NCBI GenBank assembly: GCA_030295235.1
Contig: AP026124.1
Span: 2,294,001-2,358,000 of the forward strand
Origin: Fistulifera solaris
Taxonomy: Eukaryota
Direction of reading: 5' to 3'
Length of the DNA: 64,000 nucleotides
Below, piece after piece: positions 48,639 to 59,213 of the stretch. The notes beneath the pieces are model-generated. The model searched no databases. It saw only the letters and a program-made list of their open reading frames with translations, and was not told where the DNA came from. Position 1 is the stretch's first letter; each line of letters opens with the position of its first letter. The position numbers and the translations under genes are program-made.

Positions 48639-51600
48639 TCACGACTGCGTACTCTCTAGAACCGATGATGAAAAGACACCGTGGTCGCAATAGTCCATGT
48701 AATGGTTCCGGAGGTGATTAGCTTTGGCGTGAGCTCCCCACGATTCATAGCATTCATGAGCCAGTTCGAAATGGTGAGAAGCCCAATACAAATCCTTGTG
48801 ATCCAAACAGGCAATGGCTGCGCGTTCGTGAGCCAGAGCTCGGTCTTGCAAAAATCCATTGCGACTGGATAGAGCGATTGCGATACTATACAGGCGTTTC
48901 GCCTCTCTTATTCTGCCCATTAGGGCCATGCGCTCTGCTGCTAGTAGGTCAACCATATGGATACAATTGATATTGCCTGCTTTGCTTAATCTGGAAACTC
49001 GATTGGAGATGCTATCACCCCTCTTCATCCATTTGGACCGGAGACGTCTCGACTTTATGTGATACCGAGCCAAGGCATAATAAGCCATTCCACGATAAAA
49101 CACGTGACGGGGCTGCATCGCTGATGCCACCATGTGACTTTCAAGACCTTCTGAACGGCGCAATAAATCAGGTAGAAGGTCGTAGGAAGCGAACAAATAA
49201 GCCAATTGCATCTTGAGATCGAAAATCTGACTCAAAATTGCCGAATTCCTTGCTTCGTGACAAATTTTCATTATCTCTCCCTCATCCATTGCATCACCGG
49301 TGAGGATCAAATGATTTGGCGTTGAAGGATGGCCGATCAAATTTAGTGTCTGTTGCCAAAACAACGCAGTGATGTTCCGTACTCCAAGTTGTTTATACCC
49401 CTCCATAGTCTCCACAAATTTGCGCATTTCTCTTTCGAGACTGTTGAGCTCAACCGCCCCATGCAATGCAAAAATGCAATAGTTTTGTAAGTTGAACATA
49501 GCATTTTCGATATCGCCATTTTCCAAGCCGATTCGATAGCCTTCTAGACTTGGCTTCAGCATCGAGTAAACAGGATAAGTCCAATGGTATATGAACCCGT
49601 GCACAAGAAAAATAACTCTAGCTGCTATCTTCTTCGATGCAACTCGATCCAAAGTCTTCAAGGCAAGCTTGCCTTGTTCGTGACCTTTGCGTAGGTCAAA
49701 ACGTTTCCCACACAGAAATACTCCATAAAAAGCAAAAGCCGACGGCGAAAAATCCCCCACCCCATGGTTTAGGCACTCTTGCACATGTCGGAACGTCAGA
49801 AACGATAGGTAGGTTGGGTTAGTCAAATAAAGCCCTGTGCACATGAGATCCATCAACCCCGTTGAGTACACATGAAGCGAGTTTTCTAACAATGGTAAAT
49901 TGTCAAGTTCTTGGGAGGAGAAGCTGTTTGTCAATCTGGCTGTTTTGATATATTCCACAGCTGCGCCAAACGCACTGACCGAATACGGCAATTTTTTAAT
50001 CTCAAGGTCATTTATCAAGCCGATCGCCAACTGAAAAATTTCTTCATACTTGCATTGAGCATTCAAGGACGAAAGGATCGTGAGATACGGTCGCAATTTG
50101 TCGTGAAGGGGTAATCCTTCGCGTAGTATGATTTCATCAGCATACTGCTGCATCTGCTCGAAGTGACCCATACAATAAGCGCACTCAGCAGCAGAGGAGA
50201 AGATGTCCAAAGTTGTCCTGTACAGATGCTCTGTCCAACAAGTTTCATTATCTTGTAACCTCATCGCGGTGATAAAGTATGAGGCCGCAGCAAGATAACC
50301 TGAAGACGCCATCGCCTGTGGGCCGCAAATTTCATAATAAGAGCAGTGAATTACGCGCAAGGTAAACTGACAGAATAGGGGGATACCGACTTACTTTCTT
50401 TCCTGAGCGGTAATTGAGATGGTAGATGCGGTCCTTCTTGTTAACATCATTGCCAATAAGCGAGAGACCTCCGTTACACAGATCCGTCGCTAGGAACAAA
50501 TATCCAGCGTCGTAATCTTCTTTATCTTTTTCTAGCAGAGCTTCGCCTATTGCCAGGTTCCAAAAGCCTTTGCGTTCTGACGGAATAAGCTCGTACGAGG
50601 AACTCAGTATCTGATCGTGAACAAACCGAAATTGAGGATCCGTGGTGGTAAGGCGCTCGAGTAAACCCATCAATATCAGTGATTCTATAGTCGAGATAAT
50701 ATCCTTTTCGTTGGTAACATCCAGTGTCTGTTCGACTGCATGTACGGACTTTAAGCCGATTACCAGAGTCCGCAAAGAAAAGCGACTGCCAAGACAAGCA
50801 GCGACCTTCAATACCAACTTTTCCGAAAGATCCAGCGTTAGCAGCATTTTTCGCAGCAAATCTGAAACATTGTCGGTAACTTGCATCAACTCGTCAGCGA
50901 GCTTATCATTCCATTGCCACTGGACTAGTGAAAGATTGAAGGTAAGAATCTTTTGTCTCTCAAGCTGTGGAGGAATTGCATAACGAAAAATGGATTCCCA
51001 TTTGTTTTCCGGTGAACAATTTCCGCTAATTTTGACGTATGATCTGCTTCTGATCGAAGCGCATCACTCAATAGATGGTTGAGGTCCGAGCAGTTCAAAT
51101 CGCGCAGCTTGATCACATCTACTGAAACACCCAGTGCTTGAATATTTTTCATGATGGTGCCGATGTCTTCTCTGTCGTGTTTTCGCTCTGTACCTATCAC
51201 TAGAAGGTTTTTATTGTGACGATCTGTCGTCAGGCTTTCGAGAACATCTAATGAAGCTGTATCGGCCCATTGCAGATCATCCAAGAACAAAATAAACACC
51301 GGTGCATAGAACTGACAAATGACTCTTATAAACTTGCGGAGAAGGAACAGCAATCGATTTCTCTCCTCAATGAGACCCAGATTACTTTCGCAAATGATAT
51401 CAGACTCTGGAATCGTTTTTTGGTGAAAAAGGGGGTCCAAGTTGGGATTCCAGTTAGTCAACACTTTTTCTTGCCCTCCAAATTCGGTTTTTAGCATCAA
51501 CCGGAGTGAATTGAGTTGTTTCTCATCTTCTTGAGACACAATCTTGCAACTTAAGTCATTAAACGCCGCCATAATGGCACTGTATGGTTCGACTCGTCGT

Positions 51601-51944
51601 TGCAGGTCAAATTTCCCGTACATGTAACATATTTTTCGGTCCTTTTTCAGTTCATCAAGAGCTCTCGAAACAAGAAACGACTTGCCAGTTCCAGACTCCC
51701 CTTCAATTATAACGAATCCAGGATAGTCCCGTTGGTTATTTTCATACGCTTGCTGCAAAAGCAGAATTTCTGGTTCACGCCCATGTATCTTCGACACTCG
51801 CAGGTCGGTTAATTCAGCAAGGGTCTCGATGCCACTTTTACTTAAACTGGGCGTCCGATAGTCGATACAACCCGTCAGCCAAGGAGACGACTTATCCACT
51901 GCTGAGATATTGTTGTTGATTGTGATATTAGCAAAAGAAGCCAT
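48639..51944 (-). CDS. STAND-class (COG3899/AAA_16-like) ATPase with helical repeat region, ~1070 aa; intron 50316-50394; A-run frameshift near 50952
   Basis: GRE.E..L, Walker A GESGTGKS, GKFD..PYSA, Walker B LFLDDLQWAD, KTNGNPFF, FRFVHDQI, ALAHERA, WGAHAK. Confidence 0.88.
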
Positions 51945-53403
51945 TATGTTCTTAACATGATGGTCAAATAATACTTCGTGTTACGATGATCGCTCTCTAC
52001 GAGAGCTCCGCAAGCGTCACAAAAAGGACAACCGAAAAAATTATGACCGGGACAAACGTAAACGCACCTCTGCTTGGTACATTTCTCACGGAAGCCTACG
52101 TGAAGTACACAATGTCCCCCCCACCTTCGACGGATGACCAGATGATGATGATTAATTTTTAAAAAACATTTTATTCCTAATTTTTTAATCGTCAGAATCT
52201 AATCTTGACATTCGACTGAATTTTCCACTTTTCATTCACATATATTTCAGTCTGACACTTCTCTGAGTAAGCTTTGGTTCTAACTCTCTAGCCTTAGTGC
52301 GCTAGTAGAGGGCCAGTCCCGAATTAATCGCTTCAAGTTTCGAGTCTGACGCAAGAAGTATTGTCCCTGTACCAGATTCCTGTTCCCCTAAATTATACTC
52401 CGTGTGGCGTGTACTCGTCTGGCGAGGGGAACTGTACCTGTTACCTGGTACGTTTGTTCGAAAACCAAGTTGAGCATTTCGCTTGCTCGATCTGCGAGTA
52501 TGCTTATCCGAGCTCCCCGACAAAGAGGAACCGTTCATGCTCCTACAACCTCCAACTTGGGAAGACGGACGTGGCTTGGTTCTTTACTCTAGGCTTCACC
52601 CAACAACAGCTAGTCGACAAACTACTCCAAAGTCCGAAGGAGAATACTTTCACTCAACAACTATCATCATCATTCATTATATGTTATGAAAAAAGCTCCC
52701 GATGACACAACGACATGAAATTCCTACACGGAATTTACAAATTGACTCATGACCATCCTAGCTCGTTTCTCACTCATGCGCATCGGTACCCAGTCTTTAA
52801 GTAAAATTAATCGTTACATAGTCACACCCGTTTATCCTAAGGCAACCCATTGCGCCACATGTCGTGGCCTCGCAATATTTTTTTAGAGCGAGATCCTGCA
52901 AAGGCAGAAGTCAACCTGCTGAGACTCCGTACAATAGGTTATGAGTGAGAGAACAACCTATTACTCATGTCGTTGCAGGTTTTTAAGGAGCTTGTGACGG
53001 CGGAAGCTTACAAGAAAACGTAGCAAAGAATAGGAATGAGGAGAGTTACAATCCATCGCTATGCTTTTTAGTTTTTAAACTGCTGCATATATTGTATAAC
53101 ATAAAAGCGCCGTAGGTTTGAAAGCCTGTGGTGTCGAGCCATGCTTTCCTGGCGAATATCTTTTGACATAAATACCACGTAATCATGCTTGCTTTTCCTT
53201 CACTGGGAGATCAATGCCTAGCCAGACCTAATGTACGTCTTTTCATAGTCGAAGCCGACTTTCAACTTCGTCCTTGCTTCAGCAGACTTGTGTCTACAAA
53301 AGCCGATATCTTTGACAGCAAATTCCACATTCATTCGTAACGGGTTTGATAGGACCGCCAGATTAAAGGTGATAAGGCATGTCACTGAATTGAATCGCCT
53401 CGT

Positions 53404-54213
53404 TCAGCAAACTACGTCGATTGTGAACAAGATACGACCATTCCAAGGCATCAAGCCGGATGGAGATTTGTGTATGCATGGATGTGCGGTGCGATCGGCC
53501 CATTCGTTTCCAACAAGAATGACAGCCTCCCCTTCGCGCGTTTGTTGCACGTACTCGGGATGTCGTTGGACTAGTCGCTCGACGTAGTCGTGCAACGACG
53601 AGGATGTGTCCTCCTCGGCATTATTCGGCTGATCGTCGTCCTCTTCTGTAGTCTCATTCAATTTCATCAACGGTCCCTGACAATCCAAATACTGACAACC
53701 CGGTCCCACCAACGCCTGAATGTATCTTACTGGGACTTGGTCGACATGCCATCGTGGGCATTTCGCAGAGGAGATGCCTCGGCCGCACACCAATCGCGCC
53801 TTGAATCCCTGGGGTGGGGCTTGATAGAGATGTTCGGAACAATATGTCACGAAGGACTGCATCGATGACGCGATATTTTTCTTCACAGCATCCTTTCGAG
53901 GCACCCAAGCCCGGTGCTTGTGAATTGGCAATTGTTCTTTGATTGCAGCAACGCACTTTTCCGCGGCCAGGTAACATCCCTCGTCCAGAGCCCAGTGCAC
54001 AGTGACATCAAGATAACGCTCGTTCTCCCACATGGCTGGGACCAATATGTCCCAGACGTTGTGTTGCGCAGCCTCGGCTGGCGGTTGGAGTAATGTAGTA
54101 ACTGATAGAGATTTTTTTGGCGGTTCCTGAATCATCGAGAAAGCTGAAGTTCGCATGAACAGCAGCATCCCGAGAAGGGTTCTTTTGACGACAAATGATT
54201 GTCTACGATGCAT
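53404..54213 (-). CDS. DUF1826-like protein, probably plastid-targeted
   Basis: CPRWHVD.VPVR.I..L.GPG, GEAVIL.G, IHKSP, RILFTID; TSA-F presequence site. Confidence 0.75.
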   Translation of the reverse strand: MHRRQSFVVKRTLLGMLLFMRTSAFSMIQEPPKKSLSVTTLLQPPAEAAQHNVWDILVPAMWENERYLDVTVHWALDEGCYLAAEKCVAAIKEQLPIHKHRAWVPRKDAVKKNIASSMQSFVTYCSEHLYQAPPQGFKARLVCGRGISSAKCPRWHVDQVPVRYIQALVGPGCQYLDCQGPLMKLNETTEEDDDQPNNAEEDTSSSLHDYVERLVQRHPEYVQQTREGEAVILVGNEWADRTAHPCIHKSPSGLMPWNGRILFTIDVVC

Positions 54214-54753
54214 GGTGGCATATCTAATGCTCTTCTTTTCCGTTCAAACAAGTGACCGATTGTGAAAGCTAGGAAACAAGTCGGGAAAAACGAAAAGCGA
54301 ACACCTTCACGTCCACGACACCCTTCCTTCATTCTTGTTTTTGTCGACGACAAAAACGAAGTATCGTCCCGTTCGTCGCCTTCATTATTTTTTCTTCATC
54401 GTCATGTCGTCGTGCGTGTGATTGCGGATAGTCCGGATGACGCAATTCGTCGCTTATCGTTTAGGTATCCATTCATCCCAACTGTATTTGAATATAGCCA
54501 AAAACACAGTTTGAAAATGAAAAGGTTTGGTGTTTGACCGTTAGACTAGATCTATAAGGCTAAAGGTTTCAACAGGACTAATGTTAGGTTCTCGATAAGG
54601 CAACTCTTGCCTACCTAGAACGGCGTAGTAACGTTTAAGGCTTCACAGATGGCACTAAGTAGAAGCGTATATGTTATGAAAAATGAAATGGCCCAGATAA
54701 TCGAAATGCATAGCAAGGGCAAGGTCTTGGATAATTTTGAATACCACTCCAAA

Positions 54754-55878
54754 TCACCATTGCTCACCCCAGCCAATCGCCATTCCCACTTGATCCGGTT
54801 CTGGTTGTCGTGACGAATCATGCATGCTACTGTAAATGATTCCCCTTTGTTGTTGAAGTAGATGGAAGCAAAGAATTGCGGTCAAATGACTCAAATGTAT
54901 CAATATCTGCATTTTATCAGGTCCCTGCTCATCGTCTCCTCGCGTTACTGTATCACGACACACGGGGCACTGATCGCAACGCCGCCCTCGGCTACTTGAA
55001 ACCCATTCCCTCCAGCATGATTCGTCGAACGTATGTCCGCATCGTAATAACTTCCTGCGTCTGCTACCGAAATCTTGAAGGCATATGGGACATTCCTTGT
55101 CTTGGAATTGCTTCTGCAACTCCAGCGCTTTCGTCCGTTCTTTTGCCGTGAGCTCGTATTGCAAAGTAGCCGATCTACGTTTTTGATCATTCCATTCTCG
55201 ACAAGCCACCAGCATGATGATGACTGCCGAGAAATAGCCTAAATGAGTCAACTCCACAGATAGACGTTTTGCTTTTAATATCGTCTGAATAGAATGAATG
55301 CCTTTTAAAACGGCTTCATCATACCGCCTTTGTCGAAGAAATGGTTTCATGTCACGTATTATCTCCTTGATTTCCTCGTACGTAAGTCGCAATTTCGAAT
55401 GTTCATGACCTTGTGAAATGTGAACCAATTGCTCGTTCACGGAAAGGAATATTAATATCCCATGAAACGCGGAGGATTCGTGTGGGTCACTATAGCTCTT
55501 TGCATAGTATTGGTCGGATAATATGTGCGCCGTCTCTATCGCATCATGGGCTTTTCTAAGATTCATATAAGAAAGAACCGCAACGCCTATAGAAGATAAG
55601 GGATCCGACAAAGCCTGTTGGATAGTGATAGGGTCTTGTATTATTGAGTGTGGGTCATCGATGAGAGGAGATAATGGTGTCGAAGGCGTAGATGAAGATG
55701 TCGTCAGTAGCAAAAATGGTAAGACATCCCACCATGGGTTGCTGTTTTTCGTGTACGAAGTAGTCGTGGCCGGAACGGCTCGACGAGTGGCAAGATAAAT
55801 ACTCTCTTGTGCCGTGCTTAGCAACCACACCCACCAAAGTCCGAGTCCAGCTAAGATGTAATGATAATATCGTATCAT
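54754..55878 (-). CDS. TPM(DUF477)-domain / transmembrane / RING-finger protein
   Basis: GILIFLSV.EQ..HIS.G..IIRDMKPFLRQRRYDEAV..GI (TPM-like), hydrophobic helix, CPICLQDF..LRCGHTFDESC..W..CPVCR. Confidence 0.75.
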   Translation of the reverse strand: MIRYYHYILAGLGLWWVWLLSTAQESIYLATRRAVPATTTSYTKNSNPWWDVLPFLLLTTSSSTPSTPLSPLIDDPHSIIQDPITIQQALSDPLSSIGVAVLSYMNLRKAHDAIETAHILSDQYYAKSYSDPHESSAFHGILIFLSVNEQLVHISQGHEHSKLRLTYEEIKEIIRDMKPFLRQRRYDEAVLKGIHSIQTILKAKRLSVELTHLGYFSAVIIMLVACREWNDQKRRSATLQYELTAKERTKALELQKQFQDKECPICLQDFGSRRRKLLRCGHTFDESCWREWVSSSRGRRCDQCPVCRDTVTRGDDEQGPDKMQILIHLSHLTAILCFHLLQQQRGIIYSSMHDSSRQPEPDQVGMAIGWGEQW

Positions 55879-56438
55879 GATTGTTGTATTGCGAAAGAAA
55901 ACATCAACAACATGCGGATGAACGACGGCAAGGTAGAGAAGAAGAATAAAATACAAAGAGAAACACCTTCAACGCGCGAAAAATAAACGACGGTTCGCCC
56001 AACAACACCACCGTGTGACCAGCGAAGCCCTTAGCATCGTAGCGGTACTCTTATTGTCGACGCAGCGATGCTTCTCTTTTCTGAACGCACGTCAGCCAGA
56101 CAACAAGTCGCGTCTTTAGTCTTTTCCCTGCTCTTACGGTATTCAAAGATTTAGCTTTAGCACACTGGCAATCCCTGAGTGCTTGCATATTGCATAATAA
56201 CAAGTATGCTACTTTGCTCTCACAGCAATGAAAAGCAAACGAGACAAAAGAGCCAGGTTGTTCTTCGAAATGCAGTTAGAGAGACGAGTCGAATGATTAA
56301 AGAGAAGTTGAAAGTCGCTACGACGGGGATGTTAATTCCTTCTAGTACCTAGGTTTCAGCCACACTGACCTATGCGCTCAGAATGCTTTCAATGGCATGT
56401 ATATCACTTCTTTATCATCATTAATACACGGAAACTAC

Positions 56439-56788
56439 CTATCGCTTCTTCGTCTGCGTTGAGATGTAAAGCACTTTTTTGGAAATGAAAGCAACGCACA
56501 GTTAGAGATAGGTCGTATTTTGTACAAAAAGAAAATTAAGTTTGACTCACCATTGTTGCCGCGAATAAAGGCATCACCGTATTTCGCTTTGAGCTGGCCG
56601 TTAGCGTATTCTTCCGTTTGCTCCAGTGCAATATTCAAATACCCATCGAGGCACGCAAGTACACCGCGATATTCCAATCCAGTGTTCAACTTCACTTGTA
56701 CAGGTCGCCCCAGCACCGATTTCAAAAAGTCAGATGGAGTGCGATGTTGCTTGGACGGCTGTTGATTTGATCCATTTTGTTTGTTCAT
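56439..56788 (-). CDS. LSM6: U6 snRNA-associated Sm-like protein LSm6; intron 56474-56550
   Basis: TPSDFLKSVLGRPV.VKLN.G..YRGVLACLDGY.NIALEQTEEY..YGDAFIRGNN|VLYIST. Confidence 0.95.
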
Positions 56789-57233
56789 TGTTTTTTTACG
56801 TACAAGAGAGCAAGAAAAGAATAAGGTCACGCGATTTGTCGCCGAAATTAGCATGCGATTCAGTAACTTACCTCTTCTGAAACGGTCACCGAAGAAGGAG
56901 CTATAGTCTCGGTTGATTCCGCCATGGTCGCTTTGTCGTCAAATGGGAAGGCAATAACTCAACTTTTTTCAAGCATCGCGCATCGAAGCCGTTTAATGCG
57001 GGCGATGGCAAGACGATAGAAACGTCACATGCACGACCGACGACAGAAGTCGAAAACGTTGAACTGTTGTACGTGGTATAGATTCAATGATGATTCGACT
57101 ACGTAGTGCAGTTCTATCGCCCTAAATAGATTAATAGTGTGATTTTCATTGATAATGTAATCGGTGAGAAACTCTACATTTCATCCAGTCTTTACGCATG
57201 CTTGGAAATACATTTAGTTGCATCGAGGCTAAT

Positions 57234-58495
57234 TTAGAAGAGCTTGGACATATCCTTATTCGGCATATTATTGCCATTCACGGCCATGGCACGGATGGCT
57301 TTGCTGGTGGCGTCTTGGGCCTCGATGATAGCTCTGCGGGCGGCAATCGTGGCTTCGTGGGCTTCCAACCATTTCTCGAATTTCTGCAAACTCTTCTTTC
57401 CGAGCTTTCCGAACTGGTAGGAATACGAGCCGGCTACAACAAAGGCACCGGCAATCGCATTACCAATCACCACAGGAATCACATTTTTGAAGAGAACATC
57501 ATAAATAGAAAGAGGGACGTTCAGCAAAAGAGCAGCAGGCATGATGAACTGTTGACCAAAGAAACGGAATTGAGTCGACCGATGACTTAATTATTTGAGC
57601 GAGAATGGTAGTACATACCATATTGGCAACACTGTGCTCAAGACCAATGGCAACAAATGTAGAGATAGGGAACCAAATTCCTACCAATTTTCCGGTTAGG
57701 TCGTTACACGCACCGGCCAAGAATACGGCAAGCGACACCATCCAGTTGCACATAATGGCTTTAAGAAGTGTTTGTCCAAAGGTAGAACGGCATTTGTTCA
57801 AGGCCGTGGACGTGAGAAGATCCGCTGTACCTCCAGTGAGAAGACCGACATACCATGCAGCAATGGCGAAAAGAGTACATCCGACAATGTTACCGGAGAT
57901 GCTGACACCCCAGGATCTCCATAGCTCGCGCCAAGTCACGAGACCTTCGTACTTGGCTGCAGAGACAGTAGCGGAGTTACCAGTAAATAGCTGTCCACCC
58001 GTAGTAAGAATCAACAAGAGGTTCACTAGAAAAAGCAGGTGAGTCACAATTCTGCGACGGGGGAAACGACCAATTGTCAATGTCAAAGCAAACAGAATAC
58101 GTACCAGGAAATAGAGAGGCGAACGCCATTTTCGCAATACCAGGATTCTGCGCCGCAATTCCACCAATGTTACCCGCGATGCAGAACGACAAGAGGCCAC
58201 CAAAGCCCACGTAGGCACCACCCATTACAGCTTGGTGAAAGATCTTCATTTTGCCCATCTTCGCGTTCGAAGCACCTTTCTCAGCAAAGGCGAGGTACGA
58301 ATCCTTGGGAGATTTGATTGTCTGCGAGTAAACAGTCTTGGAGATATCGAGGGACTTTTGTTCGGACATGTCGTCACCAGTCGAAATACGAAGAGGCGTC
58401 AACTTGGCGAGGGTTCCGACTCGGTGAGGCTGGACCGCTTGAAAGGCCGTAACGCCACTTATAGCAGCGAGAAGGGTGAGCACAGAGAGCTTCAT
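57234..58495 (-). CDS. NAR1: Formate/nitrite transporter (NAR1-like), plastid-targeted; introns 58026-58104 and 57549-57618
   Basis: GQLFTGN, GNIVG, KAIMCNWMV, GLEHSVANM|F, GNAIAG; presequence VTA-F. Confidence 0.9.
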
Positions 58496-58693
58496 GGCGT
58501 TTGAAAGTGTGTTATTTGATTTGTTACAGATGCAAAACACTTTTAGGTAAATGGTACATGAAAGGATATTTGTTGTCTTGTTGAACGCTTACGACGACGA
58601 CATGCAGAAAATGAAACCCTTTTGCTTTTGAGAAAAAAGGGTATTTCTGTAGAGTGTTCCTCTCCTTTTCTTGTACTATTCACTATCAAAGAT

Positions 58694-58927
58694 TGACGTG
58701 GGATGACGTAATTGTTGGAGTATGTTATCCGCTCATCGACGTCATGCTATCGTCATCTTGCACGTGAGCACCCCTCGTCGCAACCACTATAAGCATTGAT
58801 GTATTCGACCGCCACCTGTCTTCGCCGCTTTCGTCGAATGGGTTTGCGTTTGCTTACGTCAGCCATCTTCTGACGTAGGAACACCTTGATGTTTTCACAG
58901 CTGACTTTTTCACCATACATCTGACGT
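58694..58927. promoter_or_regulatory. Cluster of six TGACGT bZIP-type sites plus a G-box upstream of the FNT gene
   Basis: TGACGT at 58694, 58704, 58871, 58922; ACGTCA at 58739, 58856; CACGTG at 58761. Confidence 0.7.
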
Positions 58928-59213
58928 AGCAAAACTGGAGATACTTCCAAACCGAAGGGACTAGGATGCGTAGTTCACTAGTCCCAATCCCAGGTTTAAG
59001 GTCTCTAGAAAAAACCCTTAGCAACGTTACGGACGATTTCTAAGAATGCGATAGCTAAGATATAAAACGTTGCAATTTCCTACGATACCGGAGCTATTCT
59101 CGTTCCATATAAAGGCTCTAAGGTGCTCGTCATCATTCATCAGTAAAGTGATGAAAACTTTTTAAGCTAGAGCCAGACCAATCTAGACCTAAATTCTTTC
59201 ACTTCATCACTCA

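Noticed and set aside
4870..50960. Frequent frameshifts (BIO2, YebC, P450, AAA ATPase, TPR, SmD3, RPB5, STAND) as programmed frameshifting or mass pseudogenisation
   Set aside because: Most are single-base gains or losses in homopolymer runs, in both directions, and they hit essential genes. This is the signature of sequencing/assembly error; read polishing would settle it.
59135..59212. C/D-box-like motifs and a 9-bp inverted repeat just after the TauE stop codon
   Set aside because: It lies in the immediate 3' UTR and no rRNA-complementary guide was recognised.
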